A stretch of 64,000 nt of DNA, taken from the NCBI RefSeq assembly GCF_006345805.1, contig NC_042997.1, positions 100,006,001 to 100,070,000 of the forward strand, in the 5' to 3' direction. The notes under the pieces were generated by a model. It saw nothing but the letters and a program-made list of their open reading frames with translations, did no database searches and was not told the DNA's origin. Positions 1-12,470 of the stretch are shown in pieces. The stretch is from Octopus sinensis (lineage: Eukaryota). Both the position numbers and the translations under genes were made by a program. Numbering within the stretch: the first letter of the stretch is position 1; each line of letters opens with the position of its first letter.

Positions 1-215
1 ACTGAATAAATTTACCTCCCTAATCTCTCCTGCTAATGGCATTACTGTGATGTGCTAGTATACTATACCATAAATCATTAATATCAGTTGACTGCTCCAA
101 TGCTATTAAGTACGTTGTTTCTTCTTTAATTATTATATGGTGTTGTTCTGCAATGTCAAGGCTAAATAATTTATCCCTGTATGGCTTTCCCTTTTTTCCT
201 CAAATATGTATTAAC

Positions 216-1328
216 GCACCCATGCTAGTGCTGTGTAAACACACCAATGCCAGTGTCATGTAAAATGCACCCAGCACACACTGTTAAATGGTTGGCATTA
301 GAAAGAGCATCCAACCATAGAAATCATGCCACAACAGACATCATGAGTCTGGACAGCTCCCTGTCAAACCATCCAACCTATGCCAGCATGGAAAGCAGAT
401 GTTAAACGATGATGGTGATGATATGTGCTACTTACATATTGCTTCATATCTGTCTGTCCAAAGCGTTTTTATAAGTTTGTCCTAAATGCCCATGCTTGTT
501 TGCAGATTTTTAGTCAGTTCTTGTTTCATAAATTCTGAGTAATATAAAGCTTTCTTTTCATAAGTCCCAAGTTGCTCTGGTGATTGAAATAAATTGGGAA
601 TGTATATCATATATGGTGGCACGTAAAAAGCACCATCCGAACATGACCGATGCCAGCGCTGCCTTGACTGGCTTCCGTGCCGGTGGCACATAAAAAGCAT
701 CAACTGATTGTGGCCGTTTGCCAGCCTCCTCTGGCCCCTGTGCCGGTGGCATGTAAAAAGCACCCACTACACTCATGAAATGGTTGGCATTAGGAAGGGC
801 ATCCAGCTGTAGAAACACTGCCAGATCAGACTGGAGCCTGGTGCAGCCTTCTGGCTTCCCAGAACCCGGTCGAACCGTCCAACCCATGCTAGCATGGAAA
901 ACGGACGTTAAACGATGATGATGATGATGCACCCGTGCTGGTGCTGTGTAAACACACCAATGCTGATATCATATAAAAAGTACCCAGCACACACTGTTAA
1001 ATGGTTGACATTAGGAAGAGCATCCAGCCATAGAAATCATGCCACAACAGACATCATGAGTCTGGACAGCTCCCTGTCAAACCATCCAACCTATGCCAGC
1101 ATGGAAAGCAGATGTTAAACAATGATGATGATATGTGCTACTTATTTATTGCTTCATATCTTTCACCCTCAGTCTGTACAAAGCATTTTTATAAGTTTGT
1201 CCTAAATGCCCATGCTTGTTTTCAGACTTTTAGTTCTTGTTTCATATGTTCTGAGTAATATAAAGCTTTCTTTTCATAAGTCTCAAGTTGCTCAGGTGAT
1301 CAAAATAAACTGGGAATGTATATCATAT
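216..1328 (+). repeat. Direct repeat pair, ~400 bp (216-612 and 929-1328), flanking a 316-bp insert
   Basis: Both copies run from GCACCC(A/G)TGCT(A/G)GTGCTGTGTAAACACACCAATG to GGGAATGTATATCATAT and are colinear with small indels. Each contains an older RTE-tailed SINE remnant. Confidence 0.92.
613..928 (+). mobile_element. 5'-truncated RTE-tailed SINE / RTE 3' end, relatively young
   Basis: Internal GGTGGCA(C/T)(G/A)TAAAAAGCA repeats, TTAGGAAGGGCATCCAGCTGTAGAAAC and a (GAT)n tail. CpGs are retained. Related copies lie at ~11808-12066(-), 28440-28630(+), 31190-31350(-), 43585-43770(+) and 63200-63370(-). Confidence 0.8.
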
Positions 1329-1656
1329 CTGATGCATGGATGCCTGGAAAATACGCTCTGTGTATCCCAGATGATACACAGGACAGACAAAGGGTTAAGA
1401 CTGCTTGAAACAATTGTATTTGCTTTAACTTACTATCTTCCAACTTCTGCAATGCAATTGTTCATACCATGCCTGAAGTGTTTGTGTGCCTTGTGAGTAG
1501 TGTAAAGCTGCATGACATTGATACTGAGCAAACAAAACATTTTTCTTTAAAAGGGGCAAGATTAAATAACAATTCATCAATCATTATTAGAAATCCTGTT
1601 TTCTTTTAGTACTGACTTTATTTTATTTTCCAAACATTTTATACATATAGAAAAAA

Positions 1657-2427
1657 TACTGTATTTACTCAGGTAAAAGGTAATTTTTTTAGACCATTTT
1701 TTAAGGTCAAATTTATGGGGTCAACTATTACATGGATACTACTTGTGAGGGGCTGAAATTCAAGCCAGAATCCATAGTACCATATCAGAAGCTCAACTGA
1801 TCTCTAAGTGAATAAAAACAAAAAACACAATGAATTACGGTAATATTACCAATTCTATGCATCAAAATACACGTCCTAGTAAATAACAAAACCCATAAAA
1901 ACCATGTAGCTTTTGTTGTTCGCCAATAGTGCTGTCTGTGAGACACATTTCTCACCATGTAAACAGACGAGTGTATGACGCATGTATTTATTGTATTTGG
2001 AGATGAGGAAAATATAATGGTTGCAGAGGAAGCACTGATCTAGCAATTAATTGAATGTTTTTAGACTTACCAAAGTCATGCCTTTGTACGAATTCAGACA
2101 GTGGCATTTGCCAACAGTGCTATCTGTGAAACAAGTGTATGACACATGTGTTTGTGCTTAAAGATGTATGCAGGCTAGCAGCATATCCTGTGTATACATT
2201 TTAGTAATAGTGATGTAGTACCCATCAACAGATGTGGTACTTGCTATTAAATGGTGTTTTACTATAAGCACTGAGCATTCCACCTAAAGAGCAGGCTACA
2301 GTAAGGTAACCACACAATTTTATAACAATATTATTTCTACATAAAGGATAAACAAATGTCTTCTTGTTCATGAACTGCTAGGGTCGACTTTTACATGAGA
2401 TCAACTATTACTTGAGTATATACGATA
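1657..2427. mobile_element. Non-autonomous Tc1/mariner-superfamily (Tc2/pogo-like) element
   Basis: Left end TACTGTATTTACTCAGGTAA. Right end reverse complement TATCGTATATACTCAAGTAA. TA at both ends and subterminal GGTC(A/G)ACT..TTACAT repeats. Confidence 0.65.
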
Positions 2428-2606
2428 AATAACTGAGTAAAAGAAAAAAGCCATGTAATTAAAATTGAGGCCAGTGATAATGGGAAATGTAAAAAAATCT
2501 TACTTGGCTCTTCTGCATTATGAAAACAAAATAAATGCTTCAAAATCAATAAATCATATGTCCCACATGTAATTCCTTTTAATTTTGGCACAACATCAGT
2601 AGTTTT

Positions 2607-2775
2607 AAGGGGAAGATTTAGTCAATACCATCAACCCCAGTACTTGACTGGTACTTTTTTGACCATGAAAGGCAAAGTTGACCTTGGAAGGATTTGAGCT
2701 CAAATCGTAAAGAGCTGGAAGAAATACTGTGAAACATTTTGTCTGCTGGGCTAATGACTCTGCTACTTGCTGCCC
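2607..2775 (-). mobile_element. tRNA-derived SINE, degenerate
   Basis: Reverse complement matches the family at 18757 and 58809-60125 (GAGTTCAAATT B-box-like motif, ...AAGTACCAG core). Confidence 0.7.
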
Positions 2776-3344
2776 TACACACCCCATACATAATGTAATA
2801 TATGATTGGAGTTAAGACTAAATAAATTTAAAATATAGTTCACAAATATAAGAAGTGTCTCCTATAAAATCCAGTATTGTATAAATTTTTAAGAATTTGT
2901 ATTTTCTCAAGATGAAGTATTATGTTATCAGTGAGAAGGAGGAAATAAAATATTTTAAAAGTTTCTTTTCTATAATTGGAATTTCTGATATTCAAAACTT
3001 GGAAATCTGAAGACTATTTTAGAAAAAAATAAATAAATAAGTAGAGTGAACTGCATAATTTACCTATTTTGAAGCATTATTTGTTTTGGCAATACAGAAT
3101 AAATAGCCAAGTAGGATTTTTACATTGGCCAGTATTAATTATGCTGTTTTCTTCCACTTTTATCAATAAATGAAAGCAAACAAAAATTCAAATGCAAAAA
3201 CTGGATTACATTAAATATAGATACAAGGTATAAGGAAACAAATTTTAACAGACATCTTTAATTTTTCGAATTGTCTTTTCTTACTTTTATTTCTGGTCAT
3301 GGTACAATGTGCTTTAATATAAAATTGTTCATAGCTGTCTCTAC

Positions 3345-3565
3345 TACACAGGGGTGCTGAAGAATTCCTGGTTTTAAGGGTATCATGAAAGGCCTGGTTG
3401 GAGGGTCAACCATCCAAGTTCTTTTGCAGGGCTTAGGAAAACTGAAGGACCACTGTAATAAGTGTGTGAATCTGAGAGGGGAATATGTTGAATAAAATCA
3501 TAATTAACTGATCCTCCCCTATTTTCTTTTACCCACAGCCAGGAACTTTTAAGCACCCCCTTGTA
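3345..3565 (+). mobile_element. Mariner-derived MITE, ~220 bp
   Basis: TIRs GGGGTGCTGAAGAATTCCTGG / CCAGGAACTTTTAAGCACCCCC with TA ends. The interior encodes a mariner transposase C-terminus (GLGKLKDHCNKCVNLRGEYVE*). Same family as 40522 and 40766. Confidence 0.85.
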
Positions 3566-4620
3566 AATAAAGAGAGGTAAAGAGGTGTTCCTAAAGTTCA
3601 AAATTAGTTGAAAAGGTAGGCTTTAAATAATATTAAATCAACAAAAATATATTTCAGTATAATGAATTTTCCCTCAAACATTGTACATCTTTCAGAAGGT
3701 TGTGCTATACCATCATACAAAGTCATCATGTCTACACTTCTTCAGGCCTTCATCTTTTATTCACTTCAGTACACTATTATGTGAAGATGTTGGGCTCACA
3801 AGTTGTGGGTTCAATACCAGGTGATGTGTTATGCCCTTCCACAAGGTACTTAATTTCAGGTCCACTCAGCTGGAAATGAGTATCAATGAAGTGCTGGTGC
3901 AGCCTTCTTTCCTTCCAGCTGTCACATCTTTGATAGTTCACTGTCACCAGGTTGAAACTTGTGCTTGCAAGTGATGGCTAAAGCTTCTTTCTCTTTTGCA
4001 GTATTTATTATAACAGGCATTATGAAGAGGTGTTCCAAGACCAGCTGTATGTCTACAAGAGCTACAGCTTTCATTATCATTGTAATACTTTTGTAAAAAA
4101 TATTGGAAGTTGTGACTATTTCTGCAAAACTGATGCTGCAGTTATCACAATATGGTCTGTGCAATATGGCCTCACTGTTAGTGCTTTGATTACTGACTGA
4201 CATGATCATTTTTCTGCAACAGATGGTGCAGTTGCTCTTGAAGTATTTATTACAATAGAATTTCTTTTGTCATGGATGTCAAACAGCTACTGAAATGTGT
4301 GACTTGTAGAGTGAATGGTGTTATGCAGATTACACTTAAGTTTCACCATTGCTATGCATGTTAGTTTAATCAATCAGTGACCAATTTTTTAATTATAGCA
4401 AATTAAAAGGATTGTCTGTAAGAATAATGGACTGTACATATCTTTTTTTCTACATGCCAACAGAAAATATCTTCAATTCATATTAGCAGAAAAATGAATA
4501 ATTTCTATTGTAGAGTCAGATGTGTCCAATTTAATAATGATCAGCTGAAAAGAGATAAAAATAAACAAATGAATGAAATATGCAATTTATTCTGAATACA
4601 CAACATAAACATTTTGATAA

Positions 4621-4817
4621 TTAACTCTTTTGATACCAACCCTATCATACAAACTTCCTGTCTAAAGTAATCTAACTTAAAACTAACCATCAAAATTTCT
4701 GTCCCAAACACCAGTTTAATAATACAAAATCATTTTACTAAATTCTTCATTATTTTTAAAATTATATGAAACAAAAAGTAGTGTATTTCATCAGAAATAT
4801 GGTAACAAAAGGGTTAA
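4621..4817. mobile_element. piggyBac-type MITE
   Basis: TTAA at both ends, with termini CTCTTTTGATACC ... GGTAACAAAAGGG. Related to 13729 and 29420. Confidence 0.7.
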
Positions 4818-4913
4818 ATTCTATAAAAATCTGCTCAAAGCATTCACTGTTTATGTATATTTGATGCATTTTACAAGTTCAGTTTTAACTCTTCTATGAG
4901 TGCTATGGCATTT

Positions 4914-5060
4914 GGGGACACGTGGCTTAGTGGTTAGGGTATTGGACTCATGATTGTAAGATTGTGGTTTCAATTCTTGGACTGGGCGACGCATTGTGTT
5001 CTTGAGAAAAACATTTCATTTTACATTGCTCCAGACCACTCAGCTGGCAAAAAGGAGTAA
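4914..5060 (+). mobile_element. tRNA-derived SINE head plus conserved central domain, 3'-truncated
   Basis: TGGCTTAGTGGTTAGG A-box, GGTTTCAATTC B-box-like motif and TTGTGTTCTTGAG..AAACATTTC domain shared with 26863, 29693, 31669 and 59307. Confidence 0.7.
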
Positions 5061-5067
5061 TGTATAT

Positions 5068-5102
<35 letters not shown>

Positions 5103-6367
5103 CAAGTGCTTCAATTTTGTGTAAGCAGATATATTTACTAGATTGCTAACATTTATTAATTGTTTTTCCCATTGTGTAGATCTATAATAAATAAAACTGT
5201 ATTCTAATATTTTCTACTATATATTTCTAAATCATACGACATTTACGCAAATGATCTACAAAATATCTAAAGACAGTCTAGTTTTATATCCATCATCTAA
5301 ATGGTTAAGCTTACATCGAGATTAGCAAGTTTGTGCGCCTTCGTTGGTATTGAACTCAAAACCTAAAATGACGTTACTCAATAGCGTTTCCGGTAACCAT
5401 ACATTCGAATAATTGTTGAAAATTCAGTATTTTTTATATATAATATATTTGTAACAATTGTCTGAAACAATCGATAATTTGATAAAAGGGGGACCAGTAA
5501 AAAAAAAAATATGTATATAAAAGACATTTCATTTCTGTATTATTAAAGACTATTTATTAGGTGTGGGTCGAAATCGTGTTCTTTCAATCACAACAGCCTA
5601 TGTAAGGTTTAAGGTACTCATCTTTTAATAAGGACCACAGAAAGAATGAGATAAAATTATTTATCTCATTTTATCTCCGAGGAGTAATAACGTCGGTTAA
5701 ATCAAAGGATAATTTTTTAAAAAGACCAGCTTGATACGTGTTTATAAGTAAGTACTGATGACCTTCAAATTATTTTATATATATATATTTTTGAACGACG
5801 AATTACATCTGATATTTTAACGGAAGCTCACACAAGTTTCAGTAAGTGATTCTGCCGTGTTGTTTATCCGAAGTCAGCCCTGACTGAAGAAAATTTTTTT
5901 TATTATCAAAGACATTCCACTCGCGACCATTCCATCTTTTTCTTTTACGCGTAGTATCCCGGCTTAGATTATCCAATGCGTTCTTCCCTTATTTTTAAGA
6001 TTGAAGTGTGTGATACGAGGTAGAATTGGCTGCTGTTTTTAGCAGGTCAAGTGGCCATGTAGAAACGCCCTTGTGACTGTCGAAGATATTGACAGATTCC
6101 ACCAGTTAGGTTAAGATTCAGGACGGATGGAAATGGTGCTCTTTAACTGGGAACATACTACGATTAAATAAGTCTATTTACCATGCAACACCATTGAGTT
6201 TCACCAATTTTAGTTTATTTACACACATATCGTAGCATGGTTAGCTTGTGGTGGTGAATGAAATCCGTGCAGCTAAATTAAGACAGACAAGCTGAATAAG
6301 TGTTTGTTTTTTTAATAAGAATGCTTACTCAGGCATTTGTATATAAGAGTTGCTTGGTATAAATTGT

Positions 6368-6496
6368 GGATCTTTTCCTTTTGATCGGCGGGTCGATAAA
6401 TTAATTTTTTTTAACTAAACACTTTCATCCGAAGTTTGAAAGTGTTTAGTTAAAAAAAATTAATTTATCGACCTGCCGATCAAAAGGAAAAGATCC
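6368..6496. repeat. 60-bp inverted repeat with 9-nt loop
   Basis: Arms 6368-6427 and 6437-6496 are complementary except for one G:T position. Loop TCCGAAGTT. Confidence 0.95.
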
Positions 6497-7428
6497 TAAA
6501 TTGTTGTACCTAGGCTTAACGGTTAATATAGGGCGTAACAAATATCAATGGGTCAATGGATTTTCACTCTAAACACTATAACACCAGTAAAATTGTTCCT
6601 TCTCGATCGTCAGAAAGGAAAAGCCTATAAAAAGTTAATAACTCAAATATGAAGATTAGGTCTACAGTAATTTATACGGGGATAACTTTGGTACTTTTAT
6701 GTATAACCCAAGATAATTCTTTTCTTAAAAAAATATATAGCTACGTTGCTTTGGAGTCATGGCTTGGCGGATATTCTTGTTTTTGTTTTATCGAACAAGG
6801 CATTTTCATTCGGTTATTAAAATGTTAATCTTCAAACCACATTTAGTATAACATTATACAGATAGATAATAGATCGCCGTTAAGGAAAGGCCTAGAGAAA
6901 GTTATTAAATCGACTGTGAAAATTTGATCTATCGTAATTTATACCATGAAACGTAACCTGAGACTGTTAGTTTATTTTAAAAATATATAGTTACCTTGCT
7001 AAGAGGATATTCTTATTTCCACGAGTATTTGGTTTTTTCTTTATCGAGCAAGGCAGTTCATCCGATTAAGGCGATAATAACTGAAACTTAGTATAGTTGT
7101 TGAAACTTTAGTATAACATATATGTATGCGTGTATGCGTGTACGTATGTATTTGTTGTAATGCGGAAGGGTCCACGCCTCAAAATCAAGGGGAGGTAATA
7201 AGAGGCAATTAAATCGAGAAATTTGAAATAAATAAAATAATTCTCTAAAACATCAATTGAAATGTAAATTTTTTCTGGGAAAATGTTCTTTGTGTATTCT
7301 GTTTAAATGATAGAAACTGGATATATAGTTACATAAATTACTCTAAACATCTTTTTGTTATATTTCTAAGTGACTATGTAATGCATACATAAAATGGAAA
7401 AGAATCGTTTAATATTCCCATGAAAAAT

Positions 7429-7529
7429 TACATGTGTAGCTTAACTCGGTGATATCCTCACTGTTTGAGAGATATATTAGAAATGATCTCGTTTCTGTGA
7501 GGATATCACCGAGATACGCTACACATGTA
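7429..7529. repeat. 33-bp inverted repeat with 35-nt spacer
   Basis: TACATGTGTAGCTTAACTCGGTGATATCCTCAC versus GTGAGGATATCACCGAGATACGCTACACATGTA, 2 mismatches. Confidence 0.9.
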
Positions 7530-7835
7530 TATATCAAATTTGAAAATTTTCACTTAATTTTAAAATCTCAAAATCAGTGACAGCAACAGAAAAGATTCCC
7601 CTTCTCTATCTGTCTCTCTCCGAGCATATGATGAATCGATTAGATTATAAGTGCACAAGAGCTTTTATTTCAATTCAAACATCTTAAATTTCCAGTGAGT
7701 CTTAGTTTTGCCACAACCATCAACATATTGCAAGGGTAAACATTTTTGGTTACCGGTTTACACCTGGAAGAGCCCTGCTTTACCCATGGTCAGCTTTTCG
7801 TTGGCTGTTCAAGAATAGAAAATAAGAAAAAAAAA

Positions 7836-9285
7836 AAACCAGCTTACTAGGTGTTAAAAAAAAATGTGTCGAAGACAAATATGAAAAAAAGAATTGCGCA
7901 AACGAACGTGGATGGTGGGGAGAGGAATTTCGGAAAATTAACAAGATCTGATTTTTCCCTCATAACTTTCAGGAAAATGGATATCTTTATATATAAAAGA
8001 GAGGTTGTGTGCTGTCTGTCTCCTACGATTTAAATTCCTAACTACTCCCACATTTTGCGGTGCAGTTTAACCAAAACCGGGTATGTTATAGTCGTGATTC
8101 ATATCGAGCCCTTCTGGGTATTAGTGCGCGTCTACGATTAAAAAAAAAAATTACCATCAATTTTTCCCATTTTTAATGCATTTTTGGCATATATAAGGGA
8201 AGTAACTCTCTAAAAATTTATTATTAAATCTCAGAACGTAAAAAGCTACAGTAACCCCCCCCCCTTTGTGGTTAGCCATATTGAGATGGCTATTATACTT
8301 TACATCTCTAAAATTGCTTATATAGTTATTTCTCTTACAAACCCGAGCAACGCCGGGCGATACTGCTAGTATATTGATGAAATTTTATAGAAATACCGTT
8401 CAAATGGCCCAAATTACGATTATAAAGAAATTGGGGGGGGGTTCTGAAGGGGTGGAGAGAGGACTGTCAGAAAATTCACACGATCTGTTTTTCCCCCTCA
8501 TGACTTTCAAGATCTAGTTTAGCGCCCGGTCACCCCCCCCCCAAATCTAATAGGTGTAATAAAAAATGTGTAGAAAAAAATTACGCAAACGAATGGGGGT
8601 GAGGGTGGGGGAAAGGACTTTCGGAAAATTCACAAGATCCGATTTTTCGCTCATAACTTTCATAACTTTAATGAAATTTTACAGAAACACCTTTCAAACA
8701 GCATAGATTACGATTATAAAGAAATTTATGGGGAAAATGTTTCCCGAGGGGGTGGGCAGAGGACTGTCAGAAAGTTCACACGATCCGTTTTTTTTCCCTC
8801 ATAACTTTTAGGATCTAGTTTAGTATCCAGTCACCAAAACAAAAAAAAACCGAAGTTTTTCTCAAGAACGCTAAGAGTAAAAGATGTTTTATATGACATT
8901 CTACCAGTGTCCGAAGTCCACATTTTTTACATCTATTTGACTGGCTTTCTTTTTCGTCTTGGTGACCTAGTGCTAAACTAGATCCTGAAAGTTATGAGGA
9001 GAAAAAAACGGATCGTGTGAACTTTCCGACTGTCCTCTGCCCACCCCCTCGGAAAACATTTTCCCCATAAATTTCTTTATAATCGTAATCTATGCTGTTT
9101 GAAAGGTGTTTCTGTAAAATTTCATTAAAAGATATCCATTTTCCTGTAAGCTATGAGGGAAAAATCAGATCTTGTGAATTTTCCAAAAGTCGTCTCCCCA
9201 CCCTCACCCGTTCGTTTGTGCACATTTATTTTTCATATCCGTTTTCTACAGATTTTTTAATACACCTAGTAGGCTAGGGTTTTTC
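7836..9285. mobile_element. Foldback-like non-autonomous element with ~290-310-bp arms (left arm tandemly duplicated)
   Basis: Direct units at ~7836-8530 (interrupted by a Helitron) and ~8550-8834. Inverted unit at ~8961-9285. Each arm carries two GGA(C)T(T/G)TC(A/G)GAAA.TTCAC.AGATC.G.TTTTT..CTCATAACTTT sub-repeats. Confidence 0.75.
7984..8369 (+). mobile_element. Non-autonomous Helitron, complete
   Basis: 5' A|TCTTTATATATAAAAGAGAGG. 3' hairpin CCCGAGCAACGCCGGG followed by CTAG|T. No TSD. The empty site GGATA|TCTTTTAATGAAATTTT is seen in the paralogous inverted arm. Confidence 0.88.
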
Positions 9286-10099
9286 GGGGTTTTTTTTCAT
9301 TAATGGGTATCAAACTGTATATTGACCAAAAATTTTTTACATCACAGTACCAAATGGAAAACAAGAAACTTCTTTTATCATGACATTATAAACTGACTCA
9401 AATAATGCAGAAACCCATCCTGATAAAAAGATCTATCTGTCAGGAGAGACATGGTCTGACATAGAATAAAAAACTTGAAATAATGTGGTGTGTGTATATG
9501 TAAATTTTTCCTCAACAACTCAATAGACTAATTGAGTAAACCTATCAGTAAATTTGTTCTAATAAAGGAAAAATATATAATGACCATTATTTATAATATG
9601 GGGTCACAATATTTCAGTTCATCATCTGCAACATCTATTTGAGGGACAAAGAACTTATTAAAAAATGTTTGATGTTTATGGCACATCACCTAATTGTACA
9701 GCTCAATATAAGAACTGAAATCATTGTAAATTCCTCTTGTATTTTTTAAGTTATGTTCAAAATAAGGATTATTATCAGCAAAAACGTGCAGATTTTCCCC
9801 TATAAGTACCAAGAGTTTAACAATATTCTTTCCAGACAAGTGTAGTTGCTGGAATTTCCCATACTGTCATCTGTATTTTCAGTTTGCTTTTGTTTTAACT
9901 ACACCATCTCTTTAAATAAACTTTCTCTAGCAACTCAACTATATAATCCTCTATATCAAACCCTATATCATTTTCAAGTGTCATATCTTTCTGCATTCGA
10001 TGTAGACTTGTTGCTTGAGGAAAATTTGTAGAGTCACAGATGTAGTCTGGCCATATAAGTTTTTAAATTCATACATTGAAAAGCCATCTCATTTTAAGC

Positions 10100-10463
10100 A
10101 TCACATTAGATCTATGAAAAACGAGCAAAACGCCCCCCCCCCCGTCCAATGGACAGTGCTGAGTTGTGAAACATTTAAACCAAACTTTCTCAAAACAACT
10201 TGTCCAACTATTCCCTTTGAGAAACACTGATTTAAGCTAAATTTGAAACACCAGCAAAAGAAGAAATAAAGGTAGACAAATGCACATTCCCACGGCTTTA
10301 TCAATCGCATTCTCACCTGGAATCGATTTTTGAAATTTTTTAAAGACTTATACATGCCCTGACACCGTCAGTATCTACATATCAAATTTGAGCACAAGTG
10401 GATGGAGGCTGCCTGAGATCCTAGAAGACACACACACAGACATAATGGATTTTATATAATAGA
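10100..10463 (-). mobile_element. Helitron-like element, 5' portion (3' limit uncertain)
   Basis: Minus strand begins A|TCTATTATATAAAATCCATTATGTCTGTGTGTGTG, like the starts at 7984 and 25007. No clear 3' CTRR hairpin found. Confidence 0.5.
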
Positions 10464-10469
10464 TAAGGT

Positions 10470-10660
10470 TCAAACCATTGATGGAGTAACTTCTTAAATA
10501 CTTTACTTAATGTTTCCCTTGTCATGTATGTATGGTCATGCTGTAAGCTTTGTTTTAACAATGTGGCTGATTTTTTTTTTTTTTTTCTGCATAAAAAACC
10601 TTTTAGAATATCAAGTTTAATATCCAGTGTAATCCTTCTACAGCTCCTTTTCACACTACT
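10470..10660 (-). pseudogene. Possible pogo/Tigger transposase N-terminal (psq HTH) relic
   Basis: KRSCRRITLDIKLDILKGF resembles the CENP-B/Tigger N-terminal motif. Short and degraded. Confidence 0.4.
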
Positions 10661-11399
10661 ACCTTGATGCTATACTTGATGACTTCTTTCCAGATATCTT
10701 GAATTGTTGATCAATCCAATACTACTGGTGATTGGCATTTATTGTTAGTGGTGACACTGATCATATTGTTCTTGTTGATTATATTGTTGTTGTCAATCCC
10801 CATTGACCTAAGATCAAAAACAAGTTAAATACACTTGAGCACAACATTATCTCATAATTATTTTTATTTCAGATGGAAATGCTCAACTTGTTCATACTAA
10901 ATAATTGTTGCTGTTCTTTGGTCATTAAAGAGTTGATGGGTTGGTAATGGCAACGGTTCTATCGATAGCAGTGTTGATAATAAATAGTAGTGGTGGTGAA
11001 AGTTGGTTTTTGTTAGAAAACGGATACACATCATGACCCAAGAAAATATAGACTAATATTCTCTGTGAAAAACTCCACCTCACACCCCATGTTTATAGTA
11101 ACACTTAAATACACGCACACATACATATTATGTGGGTGGGTGTCGTAATTGTAGTTTTTGAAATTAACTACTGTGATCTGAGTTAAAATGCCAAGAAGAA
11201 ACTGTAACTTTTATTCTTAAAATTTGAGATTGCTGACCATATCCTGAAATCTGTTGTCATACTATACAATTCCTGTAAACATGACATCATGTAACCTGAG
11301 GCAACTGTAATATTGGTGGGGGGTATCTATACCTTGGTTTCACAGAATGTCAGTAACATATTCTAGCAGACAGCTTGCTGATCCAGAAGAAGCCATTTA

Positions 11400-12470
11400 T
11401 CATAGAAGCTCTCCAAAACTGAAAACGTCAAGCAACAACACTGCTGGTCAAAATAACATCTTGGCCAGCATCCAGAAAAGTCCACTCTTCCATAATTATC
11501 TGTTTATCTGTTGGACTTCTGGAATGAGACCTCTAAAGAAAACAAACCAATAGCTTTTTTGAAGTCTTGAATTATTCCACTACCAAAACAAGGTGATGTT
11601 CATCTTCTTTGAAATGGCAGAATTACTCTCCCTTCCTAGTCTCAAAAATCTAGAACTCCTCAACAGAATTTTTCCCTCATATTTATTCCATCCTACAACA
11701 GAACCAAAACAGCTTCTGCAAAAGCTGATCAACACTGCTGCAGATGCTTGCCTTGGAAAGGATTCATAGAAGAACTCAGAAACTGCAAGCAAAAGGCATC
11801 ATTTCATCATCATCATCGTTTAACGTCCGCTTTCCATGCTAGCATGGGTTGGACGATTTGACTGAGGTCTGGTGAACCAGATGGCTGCACCAGACTCCAA
11901 TCTGATCTGGCAGAGTTTCTACAGCTGGGTGCCCTTCCTAATGTCAACCATTCCAAGAGTGTAGTGGGTGCTTTTACGTGCCACTGGCACGAGGGCCAGT
12001 CAGGTGGTACAGGCAATGACCACACTCAAATGGTGCTTTATGTGCCACCTGCACAGGAGCCAGTCCATGAAATTATCCAAAGTATTTGATAGTGTCAACA
12101 GAAAGGCCATGTTATATAACCTCTTAAGATCCTCACCATCAAAATGTCAACAGATCGTGTATGTATCTCTTTGTTCTTGACTATACTGATGGTCTTGCTT
12201 TCACAGCTCACACCTGTGTGTAATGTGCTAGTGTTGTTAACATCACTTGAGAATGCTGCAACCAGAGTCTTTTTCAGTGCAAAAAACACTGAATACATAA
12301 CCATCAATGAAGATGAAAGCCACCTGCAGATCTGTTACAAGAATGGTACACAACTCAAGGAGGTCAATGACTTCAAGTACCTTGTGTTCTACATTGCTGA
12401 TGGTAAGAGAGACTTCTTGACAAACGAGGAACAAGGCTCTTTAAAATTACTTGGATTAAACAGATTGACT
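11400..12470 (+). mobile_element. RTE-clade LINE reverse transcriptase relic, interrupted by a SINE
   Basis: Fragmentary IIPLPK.GD, LLNRIFPHI, SKVFDSVNRKAM and LKEVNDFKYL motifs, with frameshifts and deletions. Confidence 0.75.
11808..12066 (-). mobile_element. RTE-tailed SINE inserted in the RTE relic
   Basis: Reverse complement of the 613-928 family, with a (CAT)n tail on the plus strand. Confidence 0.8.

Larger units (their letters stand above)
5200..9300. promoter_or_regulatory. CpG-retaining (probably unmethylated) domain, possible promoter region
   Basis: CpGs are visibly more frequent than in the flanks. TGACGTTA and TTCCGG motifs at ~5370-5395 and a GTAAGT donor-like site at 5748. 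No TSS evidence. Confidence 0.3.

Noticed and set aside
1371-1492. Candidate exon with GTGAGT donor (MIHRTDKGLRLLE…)
   Set aside because: Weak acceptor tract, no linked exons and no homology. Insufficient support.
3990-4200. Plus-strand frame IYYNRHYEEVFQDQLYVYKSY… after a TTTTGCAG acceptor
   Set aside because: No donor, in-frame stops on both sides and no recognised homology. It could be a transposon relic.
5181-5282. Helitron-like start A|TCTATAATAAATAAAAC and nearby CTAGT
   Set aside because: Only ~100 bp with no 3' hairpin. AT-rich chance match not excluded.
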